The position numbers were made by a program, and so were the translations under genes. A DNA stretch of 61,454 nt, counting the filler. It is 5 parts of 5 records of this genome, joined end to end, with 100 filler letters (N's around TTAATTAATTAA, not from the genome) between each part and the next. Parts side by side here need not be neighbours in the genome. Positions count along the whole stretch, not along the records: positions 20,199 to 26,430 come from SRR31156797_11840; positions 26,531 to 46,186 come from SRR31156797_11842; 3 more parts are not named here. One strand, 5' to 3'. The notes under the pieces were generated by a model. It did no database searches. It had not been told where the DNA came from and was given only the letters and a program-made list of their open reading frames with translations. Shown one piece after another: positions 20,442 to 29,772 of this stretch. Positions within the stretch are counted from its first letter, which is position 1; each line of letters starts with the position of its first letter.

Positions 20442-21824
20442 ATGCCGATTACTCTTGCTGCGATTACGGCGCTGGTGGCGCTGATCTCCGTCGTTCTGGC
20501 CCCAAAGGTTGCGACCGAGAGCTCTTTCTTCAAAGGCCATTCGCCGACCGGCCACATGCCCGGCGTCTGGCATCTGGCCTTTTCCCAGGTCACCACCTGG
20601 ATCTTCGCCCGCTCGCTGATGAACGCCGCGATCCTCGGTTATTTCTACGGCATCGCCGGAACCCTTGCCTACGCGGCCTATTATCTGTCCTTCCTGACCG
20701 GCCTGGCGATCGTCGATTCCCTGCGTTTCCGGCACGGTTTCGACAGCGTCCAGACTTTCCTGGCGGCCCGCTTCGGCCGCATCGGTACGGCCGCCTATAA
20801 CTTCGTGATCGGGGTCCGCCTGGTCAGCGAGATTTTCGCCAACCTGCTGGTCATCGGCCTGCTATTCGGGGCTTCCGGGAGCGACGCCTATGCCTGGTCG
20901 ATGCTGCTGGTCGCCGGCGTGACGCTCCTCTATGCGTTGTTCGGCGGCCTGCACGCATCCATCCGCACCGATGTCTTTCAGTTCGCCCTGTTTCTGATTG
21001 CCCTGGTGATCCTGATCGGTGTCGCTGCCGGCAGCGACGGTTTCGACTTGCCGGCAATGCTGGCGACCAGTTCCGATCCCGGCGGTCCGGGCTGGGTGCT
21101 GCTCGGCGTCGCCGCCCTGCAGGTCTGGAGCTACCCGATGCACGATCCGGTGATGATGGACCGCGGTTTCATCGCCGATCGCACGACGACGCGCCGCAGC
21201 TTCCTGCACGCCGCCTGGATTTCCATTCTGTGCATCATCGCCTTCGGCCTGCTCGGTGTTTACGGCGGCATGAATAAGCTCGACGGCGAAGACGTCATCG
21301 CCTCGCTGACCCGCTTGATGGGCGAAAACCCGATGCTTCTATTGCAGATCGCCCTGGTTGTGTCCTGCATGTCGACCCTCGATTCGACCTTCGCCAGCGC
21401 CGCCAAGCTGGCCGTCGTCGATATCAATTGGGTCAAGCCATCCGTGCGCAATGGCCGCGTCGCCATGGGCCTGTTCCTGCTCGGCGGGCTGGCCATGGTC
21501 TATTTCGGATCGAAAGACCTGTTCAGCGCCGTCGCCGTTTCCGGAACCGCGTCGCTGTTCCTGGCGCCGGTCATCTTCTTCTCGCTTTGGGGCGGGCGCA
21601 CCGACGTCCCGGTCGCAAGCTTTGCCATCGCCTTCGCCGCCGCCATGGGTGGGGCCGGGCTTTATTTCGCCGAAGCCGCCGGCTACGTTTCCTTCATGGA
21701 ACCGCTGACCGGGCTCGCTCATAAATACGCCAAGCTGCTGGTCATTTCGGCCGCCGTGCTGGTGATCGGCTGCGGCGCCTTCGCGTTGGGCATCGTTTGC
21801 CGGGCAACGAGGACGGCAACATGA
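20442..21824 (+). CDS. Sodium:solute symporter family transporter
   Basis: About 13 TM helices; GGLHASIRTD, MSTLDS, SQVTTWIFARS and SYPMHDPVMMDRGF motifs; alternative start 20406. Confidence 0.85.
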   Translation: MPITLAAITALVALISVVLAPKVATESSFFKGHSPTGHMPGVWHLAFSQVTTWIFARSLMNAAILGYFYGIAGTLAYAAYYLSFLTGLAIVDSLRFRHGFDSVQTFLAARFGRIGTAAYNFVIGVRLVSEIFANLLVIGLLFGASGSDAYAWSMLLVAGVTLLYALFGGLHASIRTDVFQFALFLIALVILIGVAAGSDGFDLPAMLATSSDPGGPGWVLLGVAALQVWSYPMHDPVMMDRGFIADRTTTRRSFLHAAWISILCIIAFGLLGVYGGMNKLDGEDVIASLTRLMGENPMLLLQIALVVSCMSTLDSTFASAAKLAVVDINWVKPSVRNGRVAMGLFLLGGLAMVYFGSKDLFSAVAVSGTASLFLAPVIFFSLWGGRTDVPVASFAIAFAAAMGGAGLYFAEAAGYVSFMEPLTGLAHKYAKLLVISAAVLVIGCGAFALGIVCRATRTAT

Positions 21825-22681
21825 GTGCCGATCCGTCCCGCCCGGTCCTCGATCTCGGCCGGCTTGGCAACGATCCGCTGCTGATCTTCGGCGGGCCTTA
21901 CGGCAACCTGCAGGCTTTGGAAGCCTTTAAGGCCGAGGCCGCCTATCTGAACATTCCGGCCCGACGCATCGTCTGCACCGGTGATCTGGCCGCCTACGGC
22001 GCCGATCCACAGGCCGTCGCCGAAACCATCCGTGACTGGGGCATCGCCGTCGTGCGCGGCAATGTTGAGGAACAGCTTGCCGCCGGCGCCGGCGATTGCG
22101 GCTGCGGCTTCGACGAAGGCTCGGCCTGCGATGCCCTGTCCCAGCGCTGGTACAGCCATTGCCTGGAAACGGTTTCGGACGACGTCAGGACCTGGATGGG
22201 CACGTTGCCGGCGATCCTCCGCTTCGTCTGGAATGGCCGCGCCGTGGCGATCGTCCATGGCGGGGTGACGCAGACCAACCGGTTCCTGTTCGAATCGCAC
22301 GACAAATCCGAATTTGTCGACGAATTTGCCGTGACCGGCGCCGATATCGTGCTGGCCGGCCATTCCGGCCTGCCTTTCGCACGTTGCCTGGGGCCGCATC
22401 TGTGGCTCAACGCCGGCGTCATCGGCCTGCCCGCCAACGACGGCACCGCCGACGGCTGGTACGTGCTGATGCGGCGCGACGACGACGGGATTACGGCAAG
22501 CTTCATTCGCCTGACCTACGACAACGCCACCGCCGCCGCCCGAACCCGTGCCGCCCGACTGCCGGAAGGCTATGCGGACGCCATGGAAACCGGCCTGTGG
22601 CCCAGCCTCGACGTCTTGCCGGAAACCGAAAAGGCGGCAACCGGCAAGGCGATCGACGAATGGACGATCCGTTTCCCGTAA
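21821..22681 (+). CDS. Calcineurin-like metallophosphoesterase, atypical Cys-rich subfamily
   Basis: GGPYGN, CTGD, RGNVE, VHG, GHSG and DCGCGFDEGSAC; ATGA overlap with symporter stop. Confidence 0.8.
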   Translation: MSADPSRPVLDLGRLGNDPLLIFGGPYGNLQALEAFKAEAAYLNIPARRIVCTGDLAAYGADPQAVAETIRDWGIAVVRGNVEEQLAAGAGDCGCGFDEGSACDALSQRWYSHCLETVSDDVRTWMGTLPAILRFVWNGRAVAIVHGGVTQTNRFLFESHDKSEFVDEFAVTGADIVLAGHSGLPFARCLGPHLWLNAGVIGLPANDGTADGWYVLMRRDDDGITASFIRLTYDNATAAARTRAARLPEGYADAMETGLWPSLDVLPETEKAATGKAIDEWTIRFP

Positions 22682-22776
22682 AAATAACGCATAAATCTAA
22701 ACGGGAATCTCGAGCCGACGAAAAGCTGTTCCTTTCATAGGGATGCGAGGGTAGGTTTGCGGCGGAAGGGGGGCGA

Positions 22777-24885
22777 ATGGAATTTCGATCGAGGGTTTCG
22801 GTTTTTCTTGTTGCCCTGTTCCTGCTGGCGGCAACGGCAACCCCTGTGCATGCACAAGCATCCGAACTGAAGATTCAGCATCGTTGGCTTGAACCTGCGG
22901 TTAGGCAGGAATTCTGGAGGGCATTTCCCCCGCAGGCGCATGCCTTGCCCGGCCGGGAGATTCATATATACGACGGCCGAGAAGATCGCGCGGTCGGACC
23001 GCGCGAGATGGCGGAAGCGGTGAAAACGGGAGTCCTCGATGCGGCTTTGGTGTACATGTGGTCACCGCCCTTTGGGGACTATCCGCAATTCCAACTGCTT
23101 CGAGAGTTTCCGTTCGCGCCATCGGCGTTGGATCGTTTTCGGTGGCTGTCTTCGGAAGAAGGTAAGGCCCTGTTGGACGAGATGTTCAACCGTCTTGGGT
23201 TTCACGGCATCGCCTGTGGGGCTTTTCCGGCCTCGGGGGAAATCGTGAGCAGGAAATCCGTTTCCGGAATTCCGGACCTGAAGGCACTGAAAATCCGGTT
23301 CCCAAGCGGTTTTCCCAAAGAGGTGTATTCCGGATTCGGCGTCGAAACGTTGACAATTCCCCTGCCGGAGACTCCACCTATGCTGGAGATGGGACACCTG
23401 GAAGCCGCCAGCGCGTCCCGATCATTCGTTTCGCGCTCATGGCGTCACGAGAAAGGCATCAATCACATCTTTTACCCGGGCCACACGCAACCCGGCACCG
23501 TTACATATCTGATCTTCAGTTCTCAAAGGTGGGACGGGTTTTCGCGAGAGGAGCAAACCGCTTTCGAACGGGTGTGTCTGACTTTCGGCGAAACGGCATA
23601 CCGATTGGCTGCGAAATCCGATGCCGCGGCTGTGGCGTCGCGCCGTCAATTCGGGATCGCGGTTTCCGATTTTCCTCCCGCCGTCATAGAGGGTTTGCGC
23701 GGTGCCTGGACCCGGATTGCCGTCAAACTCGCCCGCAGTTCGCCGCAGGCCGCCCGGGTTCTCGAGGCTTTGTCGGATCTTAAAGACGTCCCGCTTCCGG
23801 TGCTGGCCGAAGCCCCTCCGCAACCGCCCCAACCGCCCCAACCGCCCCAACCGCCCCAATCCACCCAGATCGGGATACCATCACAGGAGTCGCCGCCGGG
23901 TCCGGAAATCCAACCCGTCGACGAGACATACGTGGTCGCCAAGAACGCCAATGTCCGAGCGCAGCCGGACGTCCGCGCGGCGCGCGTCGAAGGACTGACT
24001 CGCGGTGCCAGGGTCACCGTGCTGGGTCGCGTCGTCGGCAAGGACTGGCTGCTGGTGTCGCGGGACGGCCGCGAACTCGGCTACGTCTTCGGCCAGTTGC
24101 TGCGGCCGGAAGCCGCTCCCCAGGTCCATACGGCGCGTGCACCGGAAGTGGCCATGCCGGCGGAAGTGAATCGTGGAGCCTTCGGCCGCTATCACGCGCT
24201 GGTCATCGGCAGCAACGCCTACCGCAACCTGCCGCGCCTGCGATCGGCGGTGCCGGACGCCGATGCCATCGCCGCTCTTCTCAAGAATCAGTACGGTTTC
24301 GAGGTTCGTCTTCTGAAAGACGCGACGCGTGCCGACATCCTGGTGTCCATGACCGAGTTACGGAAAAAATTGGGCGAAACCGATAATCTGCTCATCTACT
24401 ACGCCGGGCACGGCTGGCTCGACACCGACGCCGGACGCGGATACTGGCTGCCGGTCGACGCCGATCCCGATACTCCGGTCAACTGGGTTTCCAACGCCAC
24501 CATCACCGATGCCCTGCGCGCCATTCGCGCCAAGCACGTCATGGTCGTCGCTGATTCCTGCTACTCCGGAACCCTGACACGCGGCGTCAAGGTCGGGGCG
24601 AGGTCTTCCGACTATTTGGCGCGGATGGCCAAGAAGCGGGCACGTACTGTCCTTACGTCAGGTGGGCTGGAGCCGGTGGCGGATTCCGACGGGCGTGGGC
24701 ATTCGGTTTTCGCGCGGGCCTTCCTGCGGGCGTTGGAGGGTAACCGCGAGGTCCTGGACGGGCACCGGCTGTTCTCGTTGCTGCGGCGGCCGGTTATGCT
24801 GAATTCGAACCAGACGCCCGAATATTCCGACATCCGGATGGCCGGTCACGACGGCGGGGATTTCCTATTTGTGCCGGTTCATTGA
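22777..24885 (+). CDS. Exported fusion: TRAP DctP-type solute-binding domain, PPQ linker, SH3b, caspase-like peptidase C14
   Basis: Signal peptide (...PVHA-Q); DLKALKIR; NANVRAQP...VTVLGRV..DW; HALVIG, YYAGHG, ADSCYSG, HSVF, QTPEY. Confidence 0.8.
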   Translation: MEFRSRVSVFLVALFLLAATATPVHAQASELKIQHRWLEPAVRQEFWRAFPPQAHALPGREIHIYDGREDRAVGPREMAEAVKTGVLDAALVYMWSPPFGDYPQFQLLREFPFAPSALDRFRWLSSEEGKALLDEMFNRLGFHGIACGAFPASGEIVSRKSVSGIPDLKALKIRFPSGFPKEVYSGFGVETLTIPLPETPPMLEMGHLEAASASRSFVSRSWRHEKGINHIFYPGHTQPGTVTYLIFSSQRWDGFSREEQTAFERVCLTFGETAYRLAAKSDAAAVASRRQFGIAVSDFPPAVIEGLRGAWTRIAVKLARSSPQAARVLEALSDLKDVPLPVLAEAPPQPPQPPQPPQPPQSTQIGIPSQESPPGPEIQPVDETYVVAKNANVRAQPDVRAARVEGLTRGARVTVLGRVVGKDWLLVSRDGRELGYVFGQLLRPEAAPQVHTARAPEVAMPAEVNRGAFGRYHALVIGSNAYRNLPRLRSAVPDADAIAALLKNQYGFEVRLLKDATRADILVSMTELRKKLGETDNLLIYYAGHGWLDTDAGRGYWLPVDADPDTPVNWVSNATITDALRAIRAKHVMVVADSCYSGTLTRGVKVGARSSDYLARMAKKRARTVLTSGGLEPVADSDGRGHSVFARAFLRALEGNREVLDGHRLFSLLRRPVMLNSNQTPEYSDIRMAGHDGGDFLFVPVH
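23821..23859 (+). repeat. 9-nt tandem repeat (CAACCGCCC)x4 encoding the Pro/Gln linker
   Basis: Read directly; encodes QPPQPPQPPQPPQ. Confidence 0.95.
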
Positions 24886-24907
24886 GAAAAGAGCCCGTCG
24901 GGAACAC

Positions 24908-25702
24908 CTAACCCAATAACAGCCTATCATCGTCCAGTTCCTCGCCGCGCACGCGCTCGAACATGTGCAGCAGGTCCTCGACCTTCAGGCCCTTGCGCTC
25001 GTCGCCCTTGACGTCCAGCACCACCTTGCCTTCGTGCAGCATGACCGTGCGTTCGCCGACATCGAGCGCCTGTCGCATGCTGTGCGTCACCATCAGGGTA
25101 GTCAGCTTCTGCTCATCGACGATCGTACGCGTCAGGCCGACGACGAAGGCGGCGATCTTGGGGTCCAGCGCCGCCGTGTGTTCGTCCAGCAGCAAAATTT
25201 TCATCGGGTTCATCGTCGCCATCAACAGGCTGACGGCCTGCCGCTGGCCGCCGGACAGCAGCTCCATCGGATCGTCGAGCCGGTTTTCGAGACCCAGTTC
25301 CAGGCGTTCCAGCCGCGCCGCGGCCTTGTCGCGAAGGGATTTTTTGACGGCCGGAGACAATCGGCGGCCGCGGCCCCTGGCGCCGGCCAGGCTCAGGTTC
25401 TCGGCAATGGTCAGGTTGGCGCAGCTTCCCGCCATCGGGTCCTGGAAAACGCGGGCGACCAGGGCCGAACGGCGATGCGGCGGCCAGTTGGTGACATCGT
25501 CGTTATCGATCAGGATTTTTCCGGAATCGGGAATGGTTTCGCCCGACAGCGCGTTCAGTAATGTGGTCTTGCCGGCGCCGTTGCTGCCGATGACGGTGAC
25601 GAACTGGCCTTCCGGAATTTCCAGCGAAATGCCGCGAAGGGCAGGGGTTTCCATCGGCGTGCCCTTGCCGAAGGTGATGCGAAGGTCTTGGATATCGATC
25701 AT
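24908..25702 (-). CDS. ABC transporter ATP-binding protein (COG1101-like)
   Basis: GSNGAGKT, VFQDP, LSGGQRQ, LLLDEHTAALDP, MVTH. Confidence 0.93.
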   Translation of the reverse strand: MIDIQDLRITFGKGTPMETPALRGISLEIPEGQFVTVIGSNGAGKTTLLNALSGETIPDSGKILIDNDDVTNWPPHRRSALVARVFQDPMAGSCANLTIAENLSLAGARGRGRRLSPAVKKSLRDKAAARLERLELGLENRLDDPMELLSGGQRQAVSLLMATMNPMKILLLDEHTAALDPKIAAFVVGLTRTIVDEQKLTTLMVTHSMRQALDVGERTVMLHEGKVVLDVKGDERKGLKVEDLLHMFERVRGEELDDDRLLLG

Positions 25703-26430
25703 TTCAGCGGCCCGACGACGCGTTTGTCGCCCCGAAGTGCCCGTTTAACCGGCGCCCGAACGCTCGGCAGCACCATCGCCAGCGCCACCAGAACGGCGGT
25801 GATCAGGTTCAAGTCCTGGGCCTTCAGCCCGATGAAATCGGCATTCAGCGCCAGGGCGACGGCAAACCGGTACAGCAGCGACCCGGCGACGCAGGCCAGG
25901 GTCGCCAGGAAAACCGTGCGCGGCAGAATGACCGCTTCGCCGCCGATGACGGCTGCCAGTCCGACGACGATGACGCCGACCCCCATGGTAACGTCGGCCG
26001 ATCCCTGGCTTTGCGCGAACAGGGCGCCGGCCAGGGCGACCAGGCTGTTGCTGACGGCCATTCCCATCAGGATGTAAAAGCCGGTGTTGATGCCTTGGGC
26101 GCGGGCCATGCGCGCATTGGCGCCGGTTGCCCGCATCGCCAGGCCGACCTCGGAATTGAGGAACCAATCCATGCCGAACTTGGCGATAACAAGCAATACA
26201 AGAAGCGCCGCCGGGATCGAAACGTAGGTCGATACGCTCAAGGATTCGAGCGGCGTGAACAGCGTCTGTTCGCCCAAGAGCGCGATATTCGGCCGGCCCA
26301 TGATTCGCAGGTTGATCGAATAGAGCGCGATCATGGTCAGGATGCTGGCCAGAAGATGCAGGATCTTGAGCCGCACGTTCAGCCAGGCCGTGATCAGTCC
26401 GGCCCCGGCACCGGCGATGCAGGCGACGAC
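25699..26430 (-). CDS. ABC transporter permease (COG4120-like), 5' truncated
   Basis: LYSINLRIMG, GLAMRATG, ADVTMGVG, GLAAVIGGE; frame is open to the contig edge. Confidence 0.88.
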   Translation of the reverse strand, partial: VVACIAGAGAGLITAWLNVRLKILHLLASILTMIALYSINLRIMGRPNIALLGEQTLFTPLESLSVSTYVSIPAALLVLLVIAKFGMDWFLNSEVGLAMRATGANARMARAQGINTGFYILMGMAVSNSLVALAGALFAQSQGSADVTMGVGVIVVGLAAVIGGEAVILPRTVFLATLACVAGSLLYRFAVALALNADFIGLKAQDLNLITAVLVALAMVLPSVRAPVKRALRGDKRVVGPLK

Positions 26431-26530
26431 NNNNNNNNNNNNNNNNNNNNNNNNNNNNNNNNNNNNNNNNNNNNTTAATTAATTAANNNNNNNNNNNNNN
26501 NNNNNNNNNNNNNNNNNNNNNNNNNNNNNN
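26431..26530. other. Artificial contig spacer
   Basis: N44-TTAATTAATTAA-N44. Confidence 0.98.
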
Positions 26531-26531
26531 T

Positions 26532-27419
26532 ATTGATATTCCTGAAAACGATACCATTATTGATGTGGTTTGCTTTGGAACTTGTACCGAATGTATTCCG
26601 CTGGTGGATGTGGAGGTTACTTTCCAGGTGGATATGAGCAATGAAATTGTTTCGCAGGATGGCGTACACGTGGCCGGATCGTTCAATGGTTTTGACCCTG
26701 CAGCAACGCCACTCACCGACCAGGGTGGTGGCATATACACAACAACGGTTACATTAACAGCCGGAGACCACACCACATACAAATACATCAACGGCACCTC
26801 TTATGATTACCAGGAAACTGTTCCTGCGGATTGCGGGGAGGATGACGGATTTGGTGGATATAACCGATATGTGGATGTACCCGAAACAAATTATGAAATT
26901 CCGGTTCACTGCTTTAGCTCCTGCGATGTATGTGTTGCACTGACGCATGAAATTATGCTTTTCGAAGGATGGAACAGCCTTTCGAGTTACCTGATGCCTG
27001 GTGATAACGATATCTTAACCGTGATGGATGAAATCTCGTCACAACTGGTAATTCTTCAAACCATGACTGAGGTTTACTTCCCGGAAGGCGGATTGAACAC
27101 CATCCAAACCTGGGACAGCCAGTCGGCCTACAAAATAAAGGTAACCGAAGACGTTACCCTGAACATCACCGGAACGCCAGAGCAAAATAAAACCCTGCAA
27201 CTCGAAGCAGGCTGGAACCTGATGCCTGTAATCAGCGATACACCTGTAGACGTTGAATCTTTGTTTATGGATGTTATCGAACAGGTAATTGTGGTAAAAG
27301 GAATTGCTGAAACAGGCATTTTATGGCCGGAGTATAATATCAACACGCTTGGAACACTATTACCCGGTAAGTCATACTTCATCAAAACCAGCGAAGCTAT
27401 TGAAGTAATATTCCCATAA
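26532..27419 (+). CDS. C-terminal part of a modular protein: CBM20/CBM48-like beta-sandwich with CFxxCxxC linkers, plus duplicated GWN module
   Basis: VTFQVDMS..GVHVAGSFNG..YKYING flanked by CFGTCTEC and CFSSCDVC; then EGWNSLSSY and AGWNLMPV units; frame open from contig edge. Confidence 0.65.
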   Translation: MDIPENDTIIDVVCFGTCTECIPLVDVEVTFQVDMSNEIVSQDGVHVAGSFNGFDPAATPLTDQGGGIYTTTVTLTAGDHTTYKYINGTSYDYQETVPADCGEDDGFGGYNRYVDVPETNYEIPVHCFSSCDVCVALTHEIMLFEGWNSLSSYLMPGDNDILTVMDEISSQLVILQTMTEVYFPEGGLNTIQTWDSQSAYKIKVTEDVTLNITGTPEQNKTLQLEAGWNLMPVISDTPVDVESLFMDVIEQVIVVKGIAETGILWPEYNINTLGTLLPGKSYFIKTSEAIEVIFP

Positions 27420-27455
27420 GCAGTTTTTTTTTCTTGGTTAATAAATATTGATGTG

Positions 27456-27486
27456 AAGGCCACTCGCAAGGGTGGCCTTTTTTTTT
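27456..27486 (+). terminator. Intrinsic terminator
   Basis: AAGGCCACTC-GCAA-GGGTGGCCTT plus T-tract. Confidence 0.88.
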
Positions 27487-27487
27487 A

Positions 27488-28936
27488 TCAATTATTTACA
27501 CTTCTCAGAGATCCATTATTTGCCCACCGCTTATATTTTTTCATTGTGGATTCGTCATCAATTTGCAGGCATGAAATCTTACCGTCTTTTTCCAAAAAGA
27601 TTTCATAGGCCACCGGCATAAGCTTGCTTGGGTAAAGTTTATCGCAAACCTGGTCATTTTGGGTGCTCAGACAATACTCAGTTGCCGTATCTGACCGGTA
27701 AGTATAAAAGCTGTTCGATGGCATTTCAACAGGTGTTGCACCATTTATTGAAAGTTCAAGGTTTGTATGCGCCTTTTGAGGTAGATACAGGGTTATCATT
27801 CCACTGCCGGTATTTTTTTGGGGTTGGATTTTTTCATAATATGGTTTTTTAAATTTGGTATCAACAAAACTCTGAAAGACTGGTTTTCCGGAAAAATAAT
27901 CAATCGAAAACTTTGTGGTTTGATAAGAATACCTGGGCAAAAATGCCCCGATGATCGTTCCCAATCCGGTTCCTACTGCCAATGCAAATGGCGTTATGAT
28001 TAATCCTGATGCGGCATAGAACCCAATCCCAAAAGAAAGTGTTGAAATAAATCCAATCAAAGTGCCTTTTCCAATATTGCTCTTTTTTTTCAATTCCGAC
28101 ACGTTGATATACAAATTGTTATCCACCTGAAAAGCCGGAAAAAACAGGTCGTCAAATCTAATGTAAGTAACACCGTCAAAATCCACACCCCAAACATGAT
28201 CGATGTTAACCTCAGGAAACACAAAATCCATGGCCTCTCGTGGCATTTTGGCAGATCTTATATTTTTACGTTCACCAAAAAAACTCAGGGTGTCTTTAAT
28301 GTGATCTCTAAAAAGATCAAAGGTATAATAGATGCCATTTTGGTAATCCTTGTTCTGTAACATAAAATCCGGGCCCGCTTTCAATGCGTTCATTCCCAAC
28401 GCAAATTCGTTTACTGGAACATGAAATCCCAATTCGTTATCCATGCGGTGCAGAAATCTGTAATAACAACTTTCGAATAACTCCCCGGCCTTAATCACAA
28501 GATCAGATTGGCTTTCGTCACCACGCAGCCGAAAATAATCTGCCGCCTGAAATTCGTGGTAGTACCTGCCTTTCTGGTGAGTGTAAAAATCGATATTTGC
28601 GGTCAGGATGTTTTCCCTGAGTGTACGTTCAGCTACCATCCAGTTTAATTTAGCCACAACCGGAATCCTGTTTATTGTATCAGTTTTGCGTATTCCTGAA
28701 ATAATTTCGGATAATATTTCCGGTTCAATTTCATGCACGGCCTCAAATATATTTTCACGGTTATTGATGGCCGGAGAATCTTTGAGCAGGTATCTGCAAT
28801 CCCGTATTTCTGAAAGAAAATAACCGCCTGTTTCAGCATTCCGGGTTTCATTTCCGAAACCATTTTCATTCTGAGCATACATACCCAACCCTGTAAAGCC
28901 AATTGCTAACAGCAATATAAACCTGATAATATTCAT
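27488..28936 (-). CDS. Hypothetical exported/membrane protein
   Basis: 482-aa ORF with signal peptide and internal Gly-rich hydrophobic hairpin; no family recognised. Confidence 0.6.
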   Translation of the reverse strand: MNIIRFILLLAIGFTGLGMYAQNENGFGNETRNAETGGYFLSEIRDCRYLLKDSPAINNRENIFEAVHEIEPEILSEIISGIRKTDTINRIPVVAKLNWMVAERTLRENILTANIDFYTHQKGRYYHEFQAADYFRLRGDESQSDLVIKAGELFESCYYRFLHRMDNELGFHVPVNEFALGMNALKAGPDFMLQNKDYQNGIYYTFDLFRDHIKDTLSFFGERKNIRSAKMPREAMDFVFPEVNIDHVWGVDFDGVTYIRFDDLFFPAFQVDNNLYINVSELKKKSNIGKGTLIGFISTLSFGIGFYAASGLIITPFALAVGTGLGTIIGAFLPRYSYQTTKFSIDYFSGKPVFQSFVDTKFKKPYYEKIQPQKNTGSGMITLYLPQKAHTNLELSINGATPVEMPSNSFYTYRSDTATEYCLSTQNDQVCDKLYPSKLMPVAYEIFLEKDGKISCLQIDDESTMKKYKRWANNGSLRSVNN

Positions 28937-28972
28937 TTCTGAAATTTTTATTGAAAATTATTGCTTCGATTG

Positions 28973-29581
28973 TTATAAAGCAATATTTACCCCAAGTGCT
29001 AAAATAATTCCACCGGGCCTTAATATTTGCAATACATCTTCGGAAGTTGAGCTTAGTTTAACACTTTCATCATGAAGCGAGTAATAATCCTCAGTCGTGA
29101 GCGGCACGGCATAACCTCCCTCCAGATAAAAATTGCCATACTTACCAACTTTCCAGGCATAACCCGCAGCCAGAATGGCATTGCCAACAGGGTTCAGATC
29201 CATCATCACATTTTCGTCCGCACCGTTAGAAAGTTCCATTTCAACTTCGAAATCTTCAAACCCGGAGTTTTGCGAATAACCACCTTTCATGTAAAATCCA
29301 CGCCATCCTTTGGGATAATACCGGAGGTTTAGATTCCACTTGTATCCCCAGGAGCTCAATCCGATTCCACCACCAATGGTTACATTTTTGTTGATCACCG
29401 CATCGAGGCTGATACCTAAAAACCCCACCATGTTATTAATACCGGAACTAAATCCAAGGTAGGCCTTCGTTGGATTATGGTCCTGTGCGCTTTGATACTT
29501 GTTGTAGGGATTCAGGTTGGTTTGTCCGCTAATGGCCACGCTAAAAGCCATGGCAATTACAAGGGTAATTACTGATTTCAT
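28973..29581 (-). CDS. Small outer-membrane beta-barrel-like protein
   Basis: Signal peptide and alternating Gly/aromatic strands (LNLRYY, AAGYAW, YLEGGY, LGVNIAL). Confidence 0.6.
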   Translation of the reverse strand: MKSVITLVIAMAFSVAISGQTNLNPYNKYQSAQDHNPTKAYLGFSSGINNMVGFLGISLDAVINKNVTIGGGIGLSSWGYKWNLNLRYYPKGWRGFYMKGGYSQNSGFEDFEVEMELSNGADENVMMDLNPVGNAILAAGYAWKVGKYGNFYLEGGYAVPLTTEDYYSLHDESVKLSSTSEDVLQILRPGGIILALGVNIAL

Positions 29582-29772
29582 TTTAATTTTTTTTTAGTTT
29601 TTGGTCTTTCAAAGATAAACCAAAAAAATCTAAAAAAACAAAGTCTTTTTTAAAATAATGCTTTGGAAAAGTAATACAAATAAATGTAGTTAAGGAACAT
29701 GAATCCGGACAGGAATGAACATCCTGTAGCCAAAAACCCGTTTTCCAAAAGGCATTGCAAGTCATGAAGATT

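Noticed and set aside
23821..23859. Phase-variation switch at the 9-nt repeat
   Set aside because: Unit length is a multiple of 3, so slippage changes linker length, not frame
20273..26478. Many long overlapping or antisense ORFs in the high-GC contig (e.g. 24963-25748, 21719-22399, 22096-22740)
   Set aside because: Shadow frames of recognisable genes, expected at high GC; no motifs
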